Source: Wallemia ichthyophaga EXF-994 (Eukaryota > Fungi > Basidiomycota). Taken from it: DNA of 62,000 nucleotides. The notes under the pieces are model-generated. The model was not told the origin of the DNA and did no database searches. It saw only the letters and a list, made by a program, of their open reading frames with translations. The stretch covers positions 20,001 through 82,000 of the forward strand of contig NW_008806282.1 of assembly GCF_000400465.1 (NCBI RefSeq). Direction: 5' to 3'. Below, piece by piece: positions 35,623 to 47,005 of the stretch (the first letter of the stretch is position 1; each line of letters begins with the position of its first letter). The position numbers and the translations under genes were made by a program.

Positions 35623-38390
35623 CTAGATAAATTCGCTAGTTTTGTCCACATAGTAAGACAAAGTATGCTTGATATCTTCGACAGCCGATGAAGTCGCAAC
35701 AAAGAGCTTGAACTCTCCCGCCTCGATTACCCATCTGCTCTTAAAGTCATCGAAATAGCTAAAGGCGCGTTTGCCTAGCATTAGAGTCACTTCCTCAGAC
35801 TCGCCAGGAAGAATCAAGTTGGTTTTGGCATACGCTTTCAATTCAAGGAATGGTCGAGCGAGACGAGACTCCACGTCATTTACGTAAAGCTGGATAATCT
35901 CTCTGCCAGCGACGCTGCCTGTGTTCGTCACCTTCATCCTGATTAAGACGTCATGACTATCACTTGTCTGGTCCACACGTGCATTAGTTACGTCGAACGA
36001 GGTATAACTCAATCCTTTTCCAAATGGAAAGAGGGGTTTTTTACCAGTCGTTGCAAAGTGCCTGTATCCCACAAAGACTCCTTCAGCATAAACCACACGA
36101 CCATTCTCTCCGCCAAAGTTGAGGTGCGATGGACTGTCTCTCAACTCGACTGGCATAGTCAGTGGCAACTTTGCAGATGGGTTGAGCCTTCCGAACAGGA
36201 TATCTGCAAGTCCATTCCCAACTTCGTTCCCGCCATAAAAGGCCTGATACACACCCTTCACTTTGTCCACCCATGGTAATTCAACGGGTGTGCCGCTTTG
36301 AACAATAGCCACTGTGTTGCTATGCGCTGAAGAAATGGCATTCATAAACGCGTTGGCTGAATCGGGCAGTTTCATGTCTGGTCGATCAAAACCTTCACTT
36401 TCAAAATCATTGTTGAGACCGACAAAGCAGAGAACAAGATCAGCACCCTTGCAAGCATCTAATGCCTCCTGTAGAAACTCGTCTTGAGATTTGCTTGGAG
36501 AAATTCCAAATCGAATACCGCCCCGAGAATGAGGTGAAAGTGTACCTGCAGCCTGTGCACCTTCGCTGCTATAATAAAGCCTAGCCATTATCGAGTATTG
36601 CTTACCTTCTTCAAGCTTCTTGACAACTGTGCGCTCTTGGGAACCAGAGTTGAACCATAATGTACCTGGCTGAGGGTTGGTTGAATTGTCTACAACCCTC
36701 TCACCGTCGACGAAGAGATCAGTTTGACCAGCGCCAGCAATACCAATTTCATAGTTATCCGTCTTATTTGGAGTAAAAATCCCTGATGCTTCTGCCCAAC
36801 ACGTCAATGGGACTGTCTCAGGTCCAGGCAGATTGTCGTTGAAGAACAGGTGCGAAGAGTGCCTGTCTCCTGCTTAGAGATTACAGCAAACAATCAAGAC
36901 ATACTTACGCGTAAAGCTCGTGAAGTGGCTTCGCCTTCCCAGCGGCTGGATCGCTGCCGTAGAACTTCACGTCAACGCCAGCTCTACCATCGGCAGTCTT
37001 AAGCTCTGGGCCGAATAATGGGGTGAGCTTGTGCGCATTTCCTCCGCGCGAGTATACAACCTCAGCGCCAATCTCCTTTGCTTGCTCACGAATCGCGTCT
37101 AGCGGTGATACAGCGTATGAAGCTCTAAGAGCGGCAGATCCACCACCGGAAATGATAGCAGATTCTGCGTTTGGTCCGATCACAGATATCTTCGTAGTGC
37201 CCTTCTTGATTGGCATTACATTTTCTTCGTTTTTAAGTAGCACTACACCATTTGCTGCAGCTTCTCTGAGTGTTTGACGAAGCTCTGGTGTGTCATGAAC
37301 TTTTTCTGGTGTGGCTTCATCAATGCCACTCTTACGGACCTTGTTGATAAGCTCAAGAACCTAAGGTGGATTGTTGGTTACGTCAATAACACTACGATAA
37401 TCTTACATTTTTCACTCTAGCATCTATGTCCTCAATAAAAACCTTCTTTGCAGTTAAAGCACGCTGAAGAGCTGCCCCACGGACGACAGACGGACCAGGC
37501 ATCTCCAAATCGAGACCGGCATGCGTAGATTCTCCAGCCGAATACGTACCAAACCAATCAGACATAGTCATACCGTTCCAACCCCATTCACCGCGGAGGA
37601 TATCACCCAACAAGCGTGGGTCTTCAGAGCAGTGTAAACCGTTGACACGATTGTAAGCGGTCATTACAGACCAAGGCTTGTGTTCCGATTCCCTTAATGG
37701 AATTTCAAAAGCGCGAAGATATATTTCCCGAAGTGCTCTCTCGGATATCTCGGATGACATTGACATACGCTCAAATTCCTGATCGTTGCCAACATAGTGC
37801 TTGATTGTAGCTGCCACACCCTTATCTTGTAAACCCTTCACAAAATATTTTGCCAAAGTGCCGCTCAATTCGGGATCTTCGCTGTAGCTTTCGAATCCTC
37901 GACCGCCAAGAGGGCTTCTCTGGATGTTGATAGTGCTTGAACAAGTAGATGAGTGACGGCAAAAGCTAATCAACTGGACTCACGGGGCTAAGAGGACGTG
38001 CACGCCTGTAAATGCTCACTTAGTATTACGTCATTACGGTGGTGCTGCACCGACTAACCTTTGGCGATACATTCGTCGGCCAGAGCACTACCAACTCTCT
38101 CTAAGAGCTGATTATCAAAGCTTGCACCCAGCGCTGTCGCACCTGGAAAGCACGATGATGGTGTACCCTCAAAGAAGTCTAAAAGCCGTTAGAACTTGAC
38201 AAATAGCCTTGCGCCGCCACTAACTAATTCCTCTAACACCATTTGGTCCATCTGAAGTTCTAATAGATGGAATTCCCAGTCGAGTATTGTTAACGGTATG
38301 CCACATGTCTTTACCGGCAAGCAACTCGATCTTCTCTTTAACAGTAAGCTGCTGAAGAAGCTCTTCAACGTTTAATTCTGGTAAGGTCAT
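35623..38390 (-). CDS. GH3 beta-glucosidase with PA14 insertion
   Basis: TSDGPNGVRG, RSPLGGRGFESYSEDP, IKHYVGNDQE, MSDWFGTY, ESEGFDRPDM, YAEGVFVGYRH, PLFPFGKGLSYT. Confidence 0.95.
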
Positions 38391-38528
38391 TATTTGGTAG
38401 TGATCTGGATAAATAGAAGGTGATTGTGACAAGGTAAGATAGTGCCATGATAAAAAAAAGGAAGCAAAGATTAATTTAAGATTATATTAAAGGTATAGTG
38501 GTCAACATATTGCATATTCCTGTCATAA

Positions 38529-40520
38529 TTACGTAGACTTGTCTTGACGAGATTTATATTTCATCATCATTTCCTCGACGTGTTTCTCGTCCTCCTCATC
38601 CTCCCTATTGAGATTGTCTAGATCTTCCTCTTCTATTTCTTGAAATCTTGGTTGATTCTTTGGATCTTGCATAGGGTTAGATGTCTTAATAATTCCATTG
38701 CTATTCAGTCTATCAAACGCGTCAAACAGTTTCTCCGCTTCCGCTTCCTTCAGAGGCATGTTAGTTTAGTTTCATATTTATAAACTAAGCTTACCTTCTC
38801 CTCCTCGGTCATTTCCTCTGGGCCACCTGTACGATCTTCTTCATAAGCTCCAGTAACAGGGTTCACTCCATTTTCAGCAGGATCACCAGCACCAGCACTG
38901 AGCATGCCTTTTGAAAAAAGGAATCCTGCTGCGTTTCCAAATCCAATAGTTGAAGACATCTGCGAAGGATCGCTATCGCAGAGAGCAAAGATCAATTCAC
39001 CAACAGTATTTTTGATTGTGGAGAATAGTGAGCTTGTCAAGAATCTAACAAGTACACCTAAAAGATCACCTCTCTGTTCGGCTTTCACTGATCGATCTAT
39101 ATCGTCCATACCTAGAGTCTGTCGAAGTGATCCTTTAAAGCCGCCGGCGTTACGCTGGTCTTCAACAACAAGCTTCCGCAAAAGCATGACAAGTGGCGCA
39201 AGTGTTTCCTCGAGGTTTAATCCCAAACTTGCTGCTTTGGTCTTGGCTTGAGTACTATCAATACTCTCACCACCCTCTAAACTGCTTGAGGGCCAAAATG
39301 TTGACAAAACCGTGTTGAGGAGTTCTAATAATCTACTCAAGAAAGGGAAGGTGTCCATATTATCACAGTTCAGCCTGGAAGGATCGCTCTGCGCTACCGA
39401 AGCGCGTGAAATTGTCTTAGACAATCGATTAATAGCAGCTGTAGGAGAAAAGATCGAGTTTGAATTAGGGTTGGACCAAAGCTGAGTGAATGGCTTAAAT
39501 GGGAAGCAAAGTAGGGCGTGTATTAGTTGAGGAATTGGTTGAGGCATAGGCGAAATCGTGTTGACACTATTTGTACTAGCACTTAAATCCATAAAGAGCT
39601 GAAGAGTAGGTTGTAGTAACTTGTTGAACTTTTCATCCCAATTTTCTCCTAAAATTGAATCTTGTTGAATTGTCTTGTGGTGCAGCGTGATGTTGAAGAA
39701 AAGTTTGAACATGTCTGTGATCAGTTCTTTTGACCGTATCGGTATGCTAATAGATTTTTGTGAAGGAAGAATATATGGGGTATATTGCAGTAGACGCTGG
39801 TTGATATAGCGTCAGTTGTGACAATATGATGAGCAAAAACTTTTCTTACCGCGTGTATTACATCCACGAGATTCTCCTCATGCACTAACTTGTAAACAAT
39901 TGGATGTGGCTTAAGTGTACAGAGAAAAAGACATCTCGCTGCAACAAAGTGAATATCGGAAGTATTTTGCTGTGCCTGATTAAGGGGATTTGAGAAAGGA
40001 GAGGATGGAAAAAAGCAACTAACCTTTAAAGCTTGAAATGCTAGAATTGGCGCACGCGTTTCAACGACATTAGATCTCGCTTCATCGTGGAGCAATAACG
40101 TGTTTGCAATTGTAGTCAAGACTTCCAATTGGGCTTCAGATTGACACAATGGGTCAGACGATGAAATGTAGGATGGACGATGGGATTGTAATCTGCTAGT
40201 GAGGGAGGGAGTTGATGTATTTGATTCACGAAACGACTTCCTCTCCATCACGCTCGATAAGCAATCTAATGCTTCAACAGTGGTGAGTGGTGTGGTTCCA
40301 ATGGGAGAGCGCCCTAAGACCTTTATAACTTTCAGGGCAGCAAGTACAGCTGCGTCTGGTTTAGCGAGAATCCTAAATAATGGAGCAATGGAGCTCACTC
40401 TGTAAATCCCACTTGTCAGATACACCGCCTGGCTTGAGATCTATAAGAAGCTGGCTTAAGAATGCATCCCTATCTTGAGAGCTTATCTCGCTGTATTCTT
40501 TGAAATGGTGAGATATGTAG
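38529..40520 (-). CDS. RIC8: Ric8/synembryn G-alpha GEF/chaperone (start codon not resolved)
   Basis: KNTVGELIFALCDSD, IGFGNAAGFLFSKG, NPVTG, EMTEEEK..EAEKLFDAFDRLNSNGII. Confidence 0.85.
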
Positions 40521-40587
40521 AAATCAACGAGCGAATAACGAACCAAGAAAGCCAATGAATATTTCAGCTGACTGGAATGCTGATTTC

Positions 40588-41111
40588 TCAATAGGCTGCA
40601 ACGATCTGTAATGCGATGCCTGTAGGATGTGTGAGAATGCCATAGCGATAACAAGTAATTGAACCGACGAATCCCATATGATATCGCTGATTTAAACTTT
40701 CATGATCTCTTTTCGTCAACTCCTTCTGAAAATATCCACTGAACCTTTTCATTGCGTGGTCGACAAGCTCCTCGAATTCCAACGCAGCACATTTCGGCGG
40801 TAAAATAATTACATGATTGTGACTACAGAGAAATTATATTCTGCACGCTAGGAGTACGTGCTAAGCAGCTGTGCCCTTGCGTTTATCCACTCTCTTTACA
40901 ATGTGATCACGGAGAAACTAAGGAGTTCAAGAATGTGTTTCATATTCGTTGTAAAATGATTAGAATATACTAAAGGCCTTGCAAATAAAACCCGGTAGCC
41001 TCTCGACGACGTTCTGCTGTAGCGCACGTCAATCAGCGGATGTCGGAACGTGTCTTCTTCCAATAGGAACGCTTGCGAAACTAATAATAGCTTCATAAAA
41101 TGTTTGGACAT
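40588..41111 (-). pseudogene. Candidate stop-interrupted gene with one intron
   Basis: ATG 41111; intron 40970-40918 joins ORF 41111-40971 to the frame of ORF 40782-40588; internal TAG 40863 and TAA 40836. Confidence 0.55.
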
Positions 41112-41274
41112 GTCTTATTGGTTTTGATTTTCACATGGCATGCAAAGTTTCTTAAAATCACATTGCACATTGCACCCTGATGCAGTTACAAACTTGGGAG
41201 GCTTTTAGTTGTTATTTGAATATTTCACATCTTTTCATACAAGGTTAAAGCAAGAATTGCACTCAAGCAACAGA

Positions 41275-43113
41275 TCACTTGGCCTTACGCTTGAGAAGAC
41301 TGTCACCGTAAAGCTTCTTGGCGTACTGCTCTTTCATTCTTGCCATGCATTCCTTGTTGGCTTCCTTCTCATCAATCATAGGCTCTGGATAGTCTTTCCC
41401 GATTTTCTGAAAATGTGTTAGATCGTCCTCCTACGCATGGCTCACTCACACATCCAGCCTTCTTCTGCACATCTTCAGGTGCTTCCCAAGGCTTGTAGAT
41501 ATATTTGTCCGGATATTCCTTCAGCTCTGGTACGTACTTCCTGACTAATTTGCCCGTCTTGTCATATTTGGAGGGAAAGGTCGTCATACCATAATTTCTG
41601 TAGTATTGGTGGAAAAATGCTGAACAAGATAACCACATCCAATTGCCAGCGTTGGAAGCTGGGTCTTGGTCAACCAAGTACCTATCAAATACCTCAGCAC
41701 CTCTCTCCCAGCTAATATACAATTGACCTCGGGTGAGGAAACCCGCAACACAGTGTCTGGCGAGATGGTGCATCCAGCCTTCTTGCTTGAGCTGACGCAT
41801 AGCCGCATCGACCCATGGAAATCCTGTGTTGCCATGCTTCCACTTCTCGAGAGCTTCCTCGTCCTCTTTCGATCCTTTTGGACGGGGGAAAATCTTCTCA
41901 CCATCCTCGTCATAAGCGTTGCAGAGCTTCCAGTCTATGACTCTGCATATTTTATTCCCTCTTATCTGTCCGAAAGGCTTTCCAATGCCCAGTTGAGCTG
42001 CGAAATACATCTCTCTAAAGATAAGTTGTCCTGGAAGATTTTCAGGCTCGGAGCTAGTTTCGCCATCATAGTTCTCCATCAGATCAACGACCCTCCAGTA
42101 GAACTCACGCACACCCAACGCGCCGAACTTTATATAGGGCGACAATTGTGTAGTGGCCGGAGGATCGTACTCTGAGGGAGATGTTTGAGGCTTGCGGAAT
42201 GTAGCTGTTGCGTCCTTATCTTTGATCCACTTGTCAAGACGTCTAAGTGCCTCATCTTCACCACCAGGAATCTGCGTAGTTGCATCCTCTGAATCCAGAC
42301 CCAACTCTTCCAGAGAAGGTGGTTCCAGTGAGTCTTTTGGGCCTGTAACTGAGTCGTAAGCCGTCATCTTGCCCTTGCGATGCTCTTCGTTGACGTCATG
42401 ATCTGACTTTACCTTTTTAACTTCCTTTTTAATTGCATCCAACTTGAGATCATCTGCTTTTGGCACATCTTTTGGTGCTTGAAGGGGACGCTCGATTTTC
42501 ATATCCTTAGCCGCGGCTTTGAAAGCCGTTGCAGATGTAATTGTCTTACCCTTCTGCTTTTCAACGATGGCGTCGATATCGTAAAGTGTGTGTCCAGTGA
42601 TATCTAAAACTTCCACGTTTGCATCTTTTGCTAGTTTCTTGATACTTTCGTCGCGCTCGATCGCGTATGGCGCTGGATCCTGCAGCTGTCAGGGCGCGTT
42701 TGACTGACGTCATAGATACCCACTTTTTCATAAACAAGGTGTGTGATATTCCACTGCTTGAATAGCACAGGGAATAGGTCGGCTGGGGCAGCTCTAAACA
42801 CGTGAAGCTTGTTGCCCATCTTGCTCAGTTTTTTGTCTATCTCTTTCATGGACTCGGTCAGGAATTTGTATCTGCTGAGTGAGATGGAGCAGCGAGATGA
42901 GAGTTGGCCTACCTATTTGGACCAACTGGGCATTCAAAGTTGAAGTAGGGATCCCAGGTCCATACCTTTACTCAATCAGGGACGAAAAGTACCGATAAAA
43001 CCTAAACCTACGGGGAAGAACACCTCAGGCTTGAGTTCCAATCCTTTTAGAAGCGCAGGTGCATCGTGCAACCTCAAGTCAGTTCTAAACCAGTGTAATA
43101 CGCGTGCTGGCAT
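41275..43113 (-). CDS. (6-4) photolyase / animal-type cryptochrome family
   Basis: LHWFRTDLRLHDAPAL, GGEDEAL, LSPYIKFG, TGFPWVDAAMRQL..WMHHLARHCVAGFLTRG, NAGNWMWLSCSAF. Confidence 0.93.
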
Positions 43114-43363
43114 TAGTGTGGCGTGAGTGGTGAGTGAAGGAAGATAATCTTAGCTGAGAATCAAATAGATTACGTTATGACATTCAAAGTATATTTATGA
43201 CAATGTATTTGAAAATGCTGATTTTTGCTAAGTGTCCGTCTAATTAAGTTATTCTAGGTAATGATCACTAATGATCACGCTTTTAGGTTGTCTAATAAGA
43301 ATTATCGCAAGTTTAATCGTATATTGGGTTACTATGCAGGTAGTTTTTAGATTGTAAAGGTCT

Positions 43364-45460
43364 TCAAACTCTCTCCCACTCTTCAGGTTCGGGCCAACGA
43401 GAAGTAAACCAATTGCCCATCAATTCATTGATTGCGGGTATGTCTTTCTCCTTCTTGACGTCATCATTAAGGCAGATAAATGTGGTATCTTGGTGTGTAT
43501 CTGCCATATCAAGTTGCTGTTTTAGTTGAGATGGATTGTACACTTTCGTGAACTGTGACGGCGTTTCACCAAATACGTGGTTGTATCTCATTATCAGCCT
43601 TGCTGCAAATGACCTGGGTGACGTTTCCCCGTCTAAGACAGTGTTCAATTTAAAATCAGCGTCGTGCCAGTCGTCGTTCAGTGGAAGATTTGGAACCCCA
43701 CTAAACTGTTTAAGGCTGTCTTTAGGTGGTAGAAAGATTTCCAAACCTTTGCTACCTCCTTGTGAGATTAACTGAGTGATTACTAACCCTTCTGTCAGCT
43801 GCATCGGGATATTCCGAAAGTACTTACTGCAATCACCGCAATCACCATATTGTTCGAATGCAATATGCTTAAACAACTCTTCGGCTGTACTTCCTTGCTT
43901 GAAGCATTGCTCTTTTGTAATTGTGCAAGCTTTCAACCGTTTATCATCTCTCAAATCAGGCCACCCATGGCGACTGAGCAATCTATGCCATATTTGTCGA
44001 AGATAACCAGGACCATAGCCATCCATACTTGAAAATGCATACTCGGTGTTGAGTGGTTTGGGTATATGTGCATTATTCAGAGTTTTTTCGAGCTCTTCAT
44101 CCTCAACCGTCACTCTATGTGGAACGTAAACTTGGTGCTTCAACGACTCACCGCCTGTGAGTTCACTCCACATTTTATCTGTGTCGATTACTTGATTGGA
44201 AGCGCCCCATTTTCCTACTATCCATGACCACAGCAGAGCCTCACGATGTCGCTCAGTTATGAACCATGAAGCAAAAAAGAAGGATTGGATAGCCCAAGGA
44301 GCATCTTTTGTATTTCTGAATCGTGCTAATGTGACGTTGTTGAATGAGTTGTCAAACATTATGGCAGCCTCATTGAGGATGGGCAGCGACAGACTGCGAG
44401 CGTGATGTGCGATATAGGGTCTCCACCTCATACCGAACCGTCTTCCCAGAACCCAAGACGATCTAGCAATAGCGACACCTTCGCCATTCCGTGATCCTAG
44501 AGGCTTTTCTTGTGGAACGTACATACTGTAACTTAAACTACGCAGAACTGGACCGTGAAGTGGGGAGTAGTAGTCGCTGACCTCGTTATTCTTAAGTGTA
44601 AAAAAGTCATCGTTGTGGTAAACTATAGTGTCTGATTGGGCGTCTATGTTGTGCATTTGACCTTCTATAGCAAATGAGTTGAAAGTTGGAAGTGAGGCGG
44701 CCCTCCATTCAGCATTGAGATTATTCAGCTGATCTTCTGTTAATGATTGAGACTCGGGAATCGTAGGCATACGCCGGAAGAAGTTGAAGTGATGGTGCAT
44801 TTCAACCTTTTCATGATCGTTCAACCAAAACGGATGCTGTGCAATCTGGTTACCACCTTCCGGTGAGTCGTACGAGGAAGCAAGAATATGATACTGTCCA
44901 ACATTCTGTCCAACTGAGCGTTCGATTGATCTGAGTGCGTATCTAAGTTCATCGTGTTCTTGATAGCGGTGCTGGCTATCAACTTTCTGATCAGAGAATG
45001 CTTGCAAGGCAGAGATCTGCACGGGATCGCTGTCAATTTGTTAGGAATGTGATTGATCGCTCAATCGAAACGCTTACCTTCCGTTGACCCAGGGGAAGAC
45101 AGGATCGATAGTGCTAAATTTCTTAATATCAACGTCTTTGCAATGCTCCCCCCAAATTCCAGCCCCAATCCACTCGTCCACGCAGAGATCTGGCAACGCT
45201 TGATGAAACTTGATAGGTCGTACAGCTCTAGAGGCAGAATTTGGAGGATTTGAGCTGGAAAATACCTCGTGGCTCTCATCCTGTCCAACAACGATCAATT
45301 TGTATATCTCTTTAACCTCGCCATTCCCTTTGTATGTGTATACAATCAACAGGAGCAACAGGACAGGAATGGCGAGTAACTTGGTGGCATTGTTCTTCAC
45401 GCTTGCTTGTGTTATAGGCAGCGGCAAGTATCCATTATGCCTGAATTTACTGAAGACCAT
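43364..45460 (-). CDS. Stealth-family phosphotransferase (Xpt1/GNPTAB-like), type II membrane protein
   Basis: N-terminal TM; CR1 IDPVFPWVNG, CR2 RYQEHDELRYALRS, LPTFNSFAIE, YHNDDFF, CR4 FICLNDD. Confidence 0.9.
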
Positions 45461-45842
45461 CTCAGCTGCTCACTGCATAGATCAAAAGTCGGCCACAGCG
45501 AGATCGACTGCTTAGACCAAGTCAAAATTTATTGACGTTGCCGCTTTGTAATTGCGTGTGCATGTAAGTGCTTGAATATCTAAATTATTATCTATATCAA
45601 TTTGTGTTTATAACATCACATCCAGCTCTATATGTTTAATTTTCCGAGCGCAAAAATTAGGAAGAAAGCTTTTGTAGAGCTGCTTTAAGGCATTATGCAC
45701 TTCAGAAAAAGAAATACACCAGCTTGATTTTCAACCTTAGTCAAATTTTCAGCTACAATTTACAATACAATTACAACTCAAAAACACATTCCAGAGTAGC
45801 CGGATCAACGAACTGGATACATTTGAGTCTATGGAGAAGATG

Positions 45843-46796
45843 TCAGTCACATTCCTCGCAAATGCCAGGTGCATGAGCCCACCTTCCATCAATCACTAGA
45901 GTCGTTGCCGGGTCGACCTCGCCGTCTTCGCTCACGCCAGCATTCATTATAATGTAGTTGATACTGGACGCGTCAATTAGTGAAACAAACGAACGAGCGT
46001 CCTAACCCACGTATTCAATGTCTCATCAACAACATCACAAACTGTAATTCCCTCGTCGTTCTCAACTCTGCTGACGTGATCGCCTACGTGAAGGTCGAGT
46101 TTATGCTGAGGAGGTTCTGTCGCCATACAGTAGTACGTCTGAGGATGGTCTACTAGTTTTTCCCGATAAACATTGTCTGGCAGAATAACCTCCACGCTGT
46201 CGAGCGTTGTGCACGACCTATTGAACCAGAGTGCGGCGAGTGAAGGGTGTGCTTTTACTGTCCTCACTTTGCTGCGTGAACGACTCCTGCTACGTGATCT
46301 TGAGTTGGATTCTTGTCTTAGAGACCTGCTAGAATTCCCTGTACTAATTTAACATTATGAGGCGAGGGAGTAATTCAAACTCACTAAGCGGTCTGACCAT
46401 ATCGACAGCCTCTTCAGGATGCTCGACTTGCATATGGGCCATTTCTGCATCCACCTCTTCCAGAACGTCATCTTCCTCACTGGATGACTGTGTTTTCCAA
46501 TTGATCGGTCCTCTTCTGCCTCTGCTTCGCTCCTCACTGGCTGCTCTCTTGCCAATGCTTTGGAATGTATCTCTCACGCCATTTCTGTGCACTGAGCGCG
46601 ACCTGCTCCTCGATCTTGATCTGTCTGGTCTGCCTATTCTTGCATTGGCTGACACAGCTTTCCAGCTCAAGTTGTCGTCGAATAGCTCCCGCAGCGTACT
46701 GCAACTCTGCGATAGCATGTCCAACGAGGCTGGGTCTAGATACTCTGGCAACAACAGCAATATCTCTGACGGCAATTCAAGTAGACTGTAGCTCAT
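45843..46796 (-). CDS. F-box protein with RS-dipeptide tracts
   Basis: LLELPSEILLLLPEYLDPASLDMLSQSCSTLRELF; RSRSRSRS blocks; two inferred introns; ends HAPGICEECD. Confidence 0.75.
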
Positions 46797-47005
46797 CGTT
46801 GTTGGTTTGAAACAAGTGGAATTCATATCCGTGTGGATGACATCACTCTCACTCTTCCCCGCCTCACGCTATCCGCGAACCGCTTGAAGCGAGCGTCTAA
46901 ATTTGCCAAGACTGTCAATTTCATTGTGTTTATTTCTACATTACACGTGATAGCGTGTTCATGTTAAATCAATGTGTCATTCTGATACAAGTAAATCAAG
47001 TAAAA

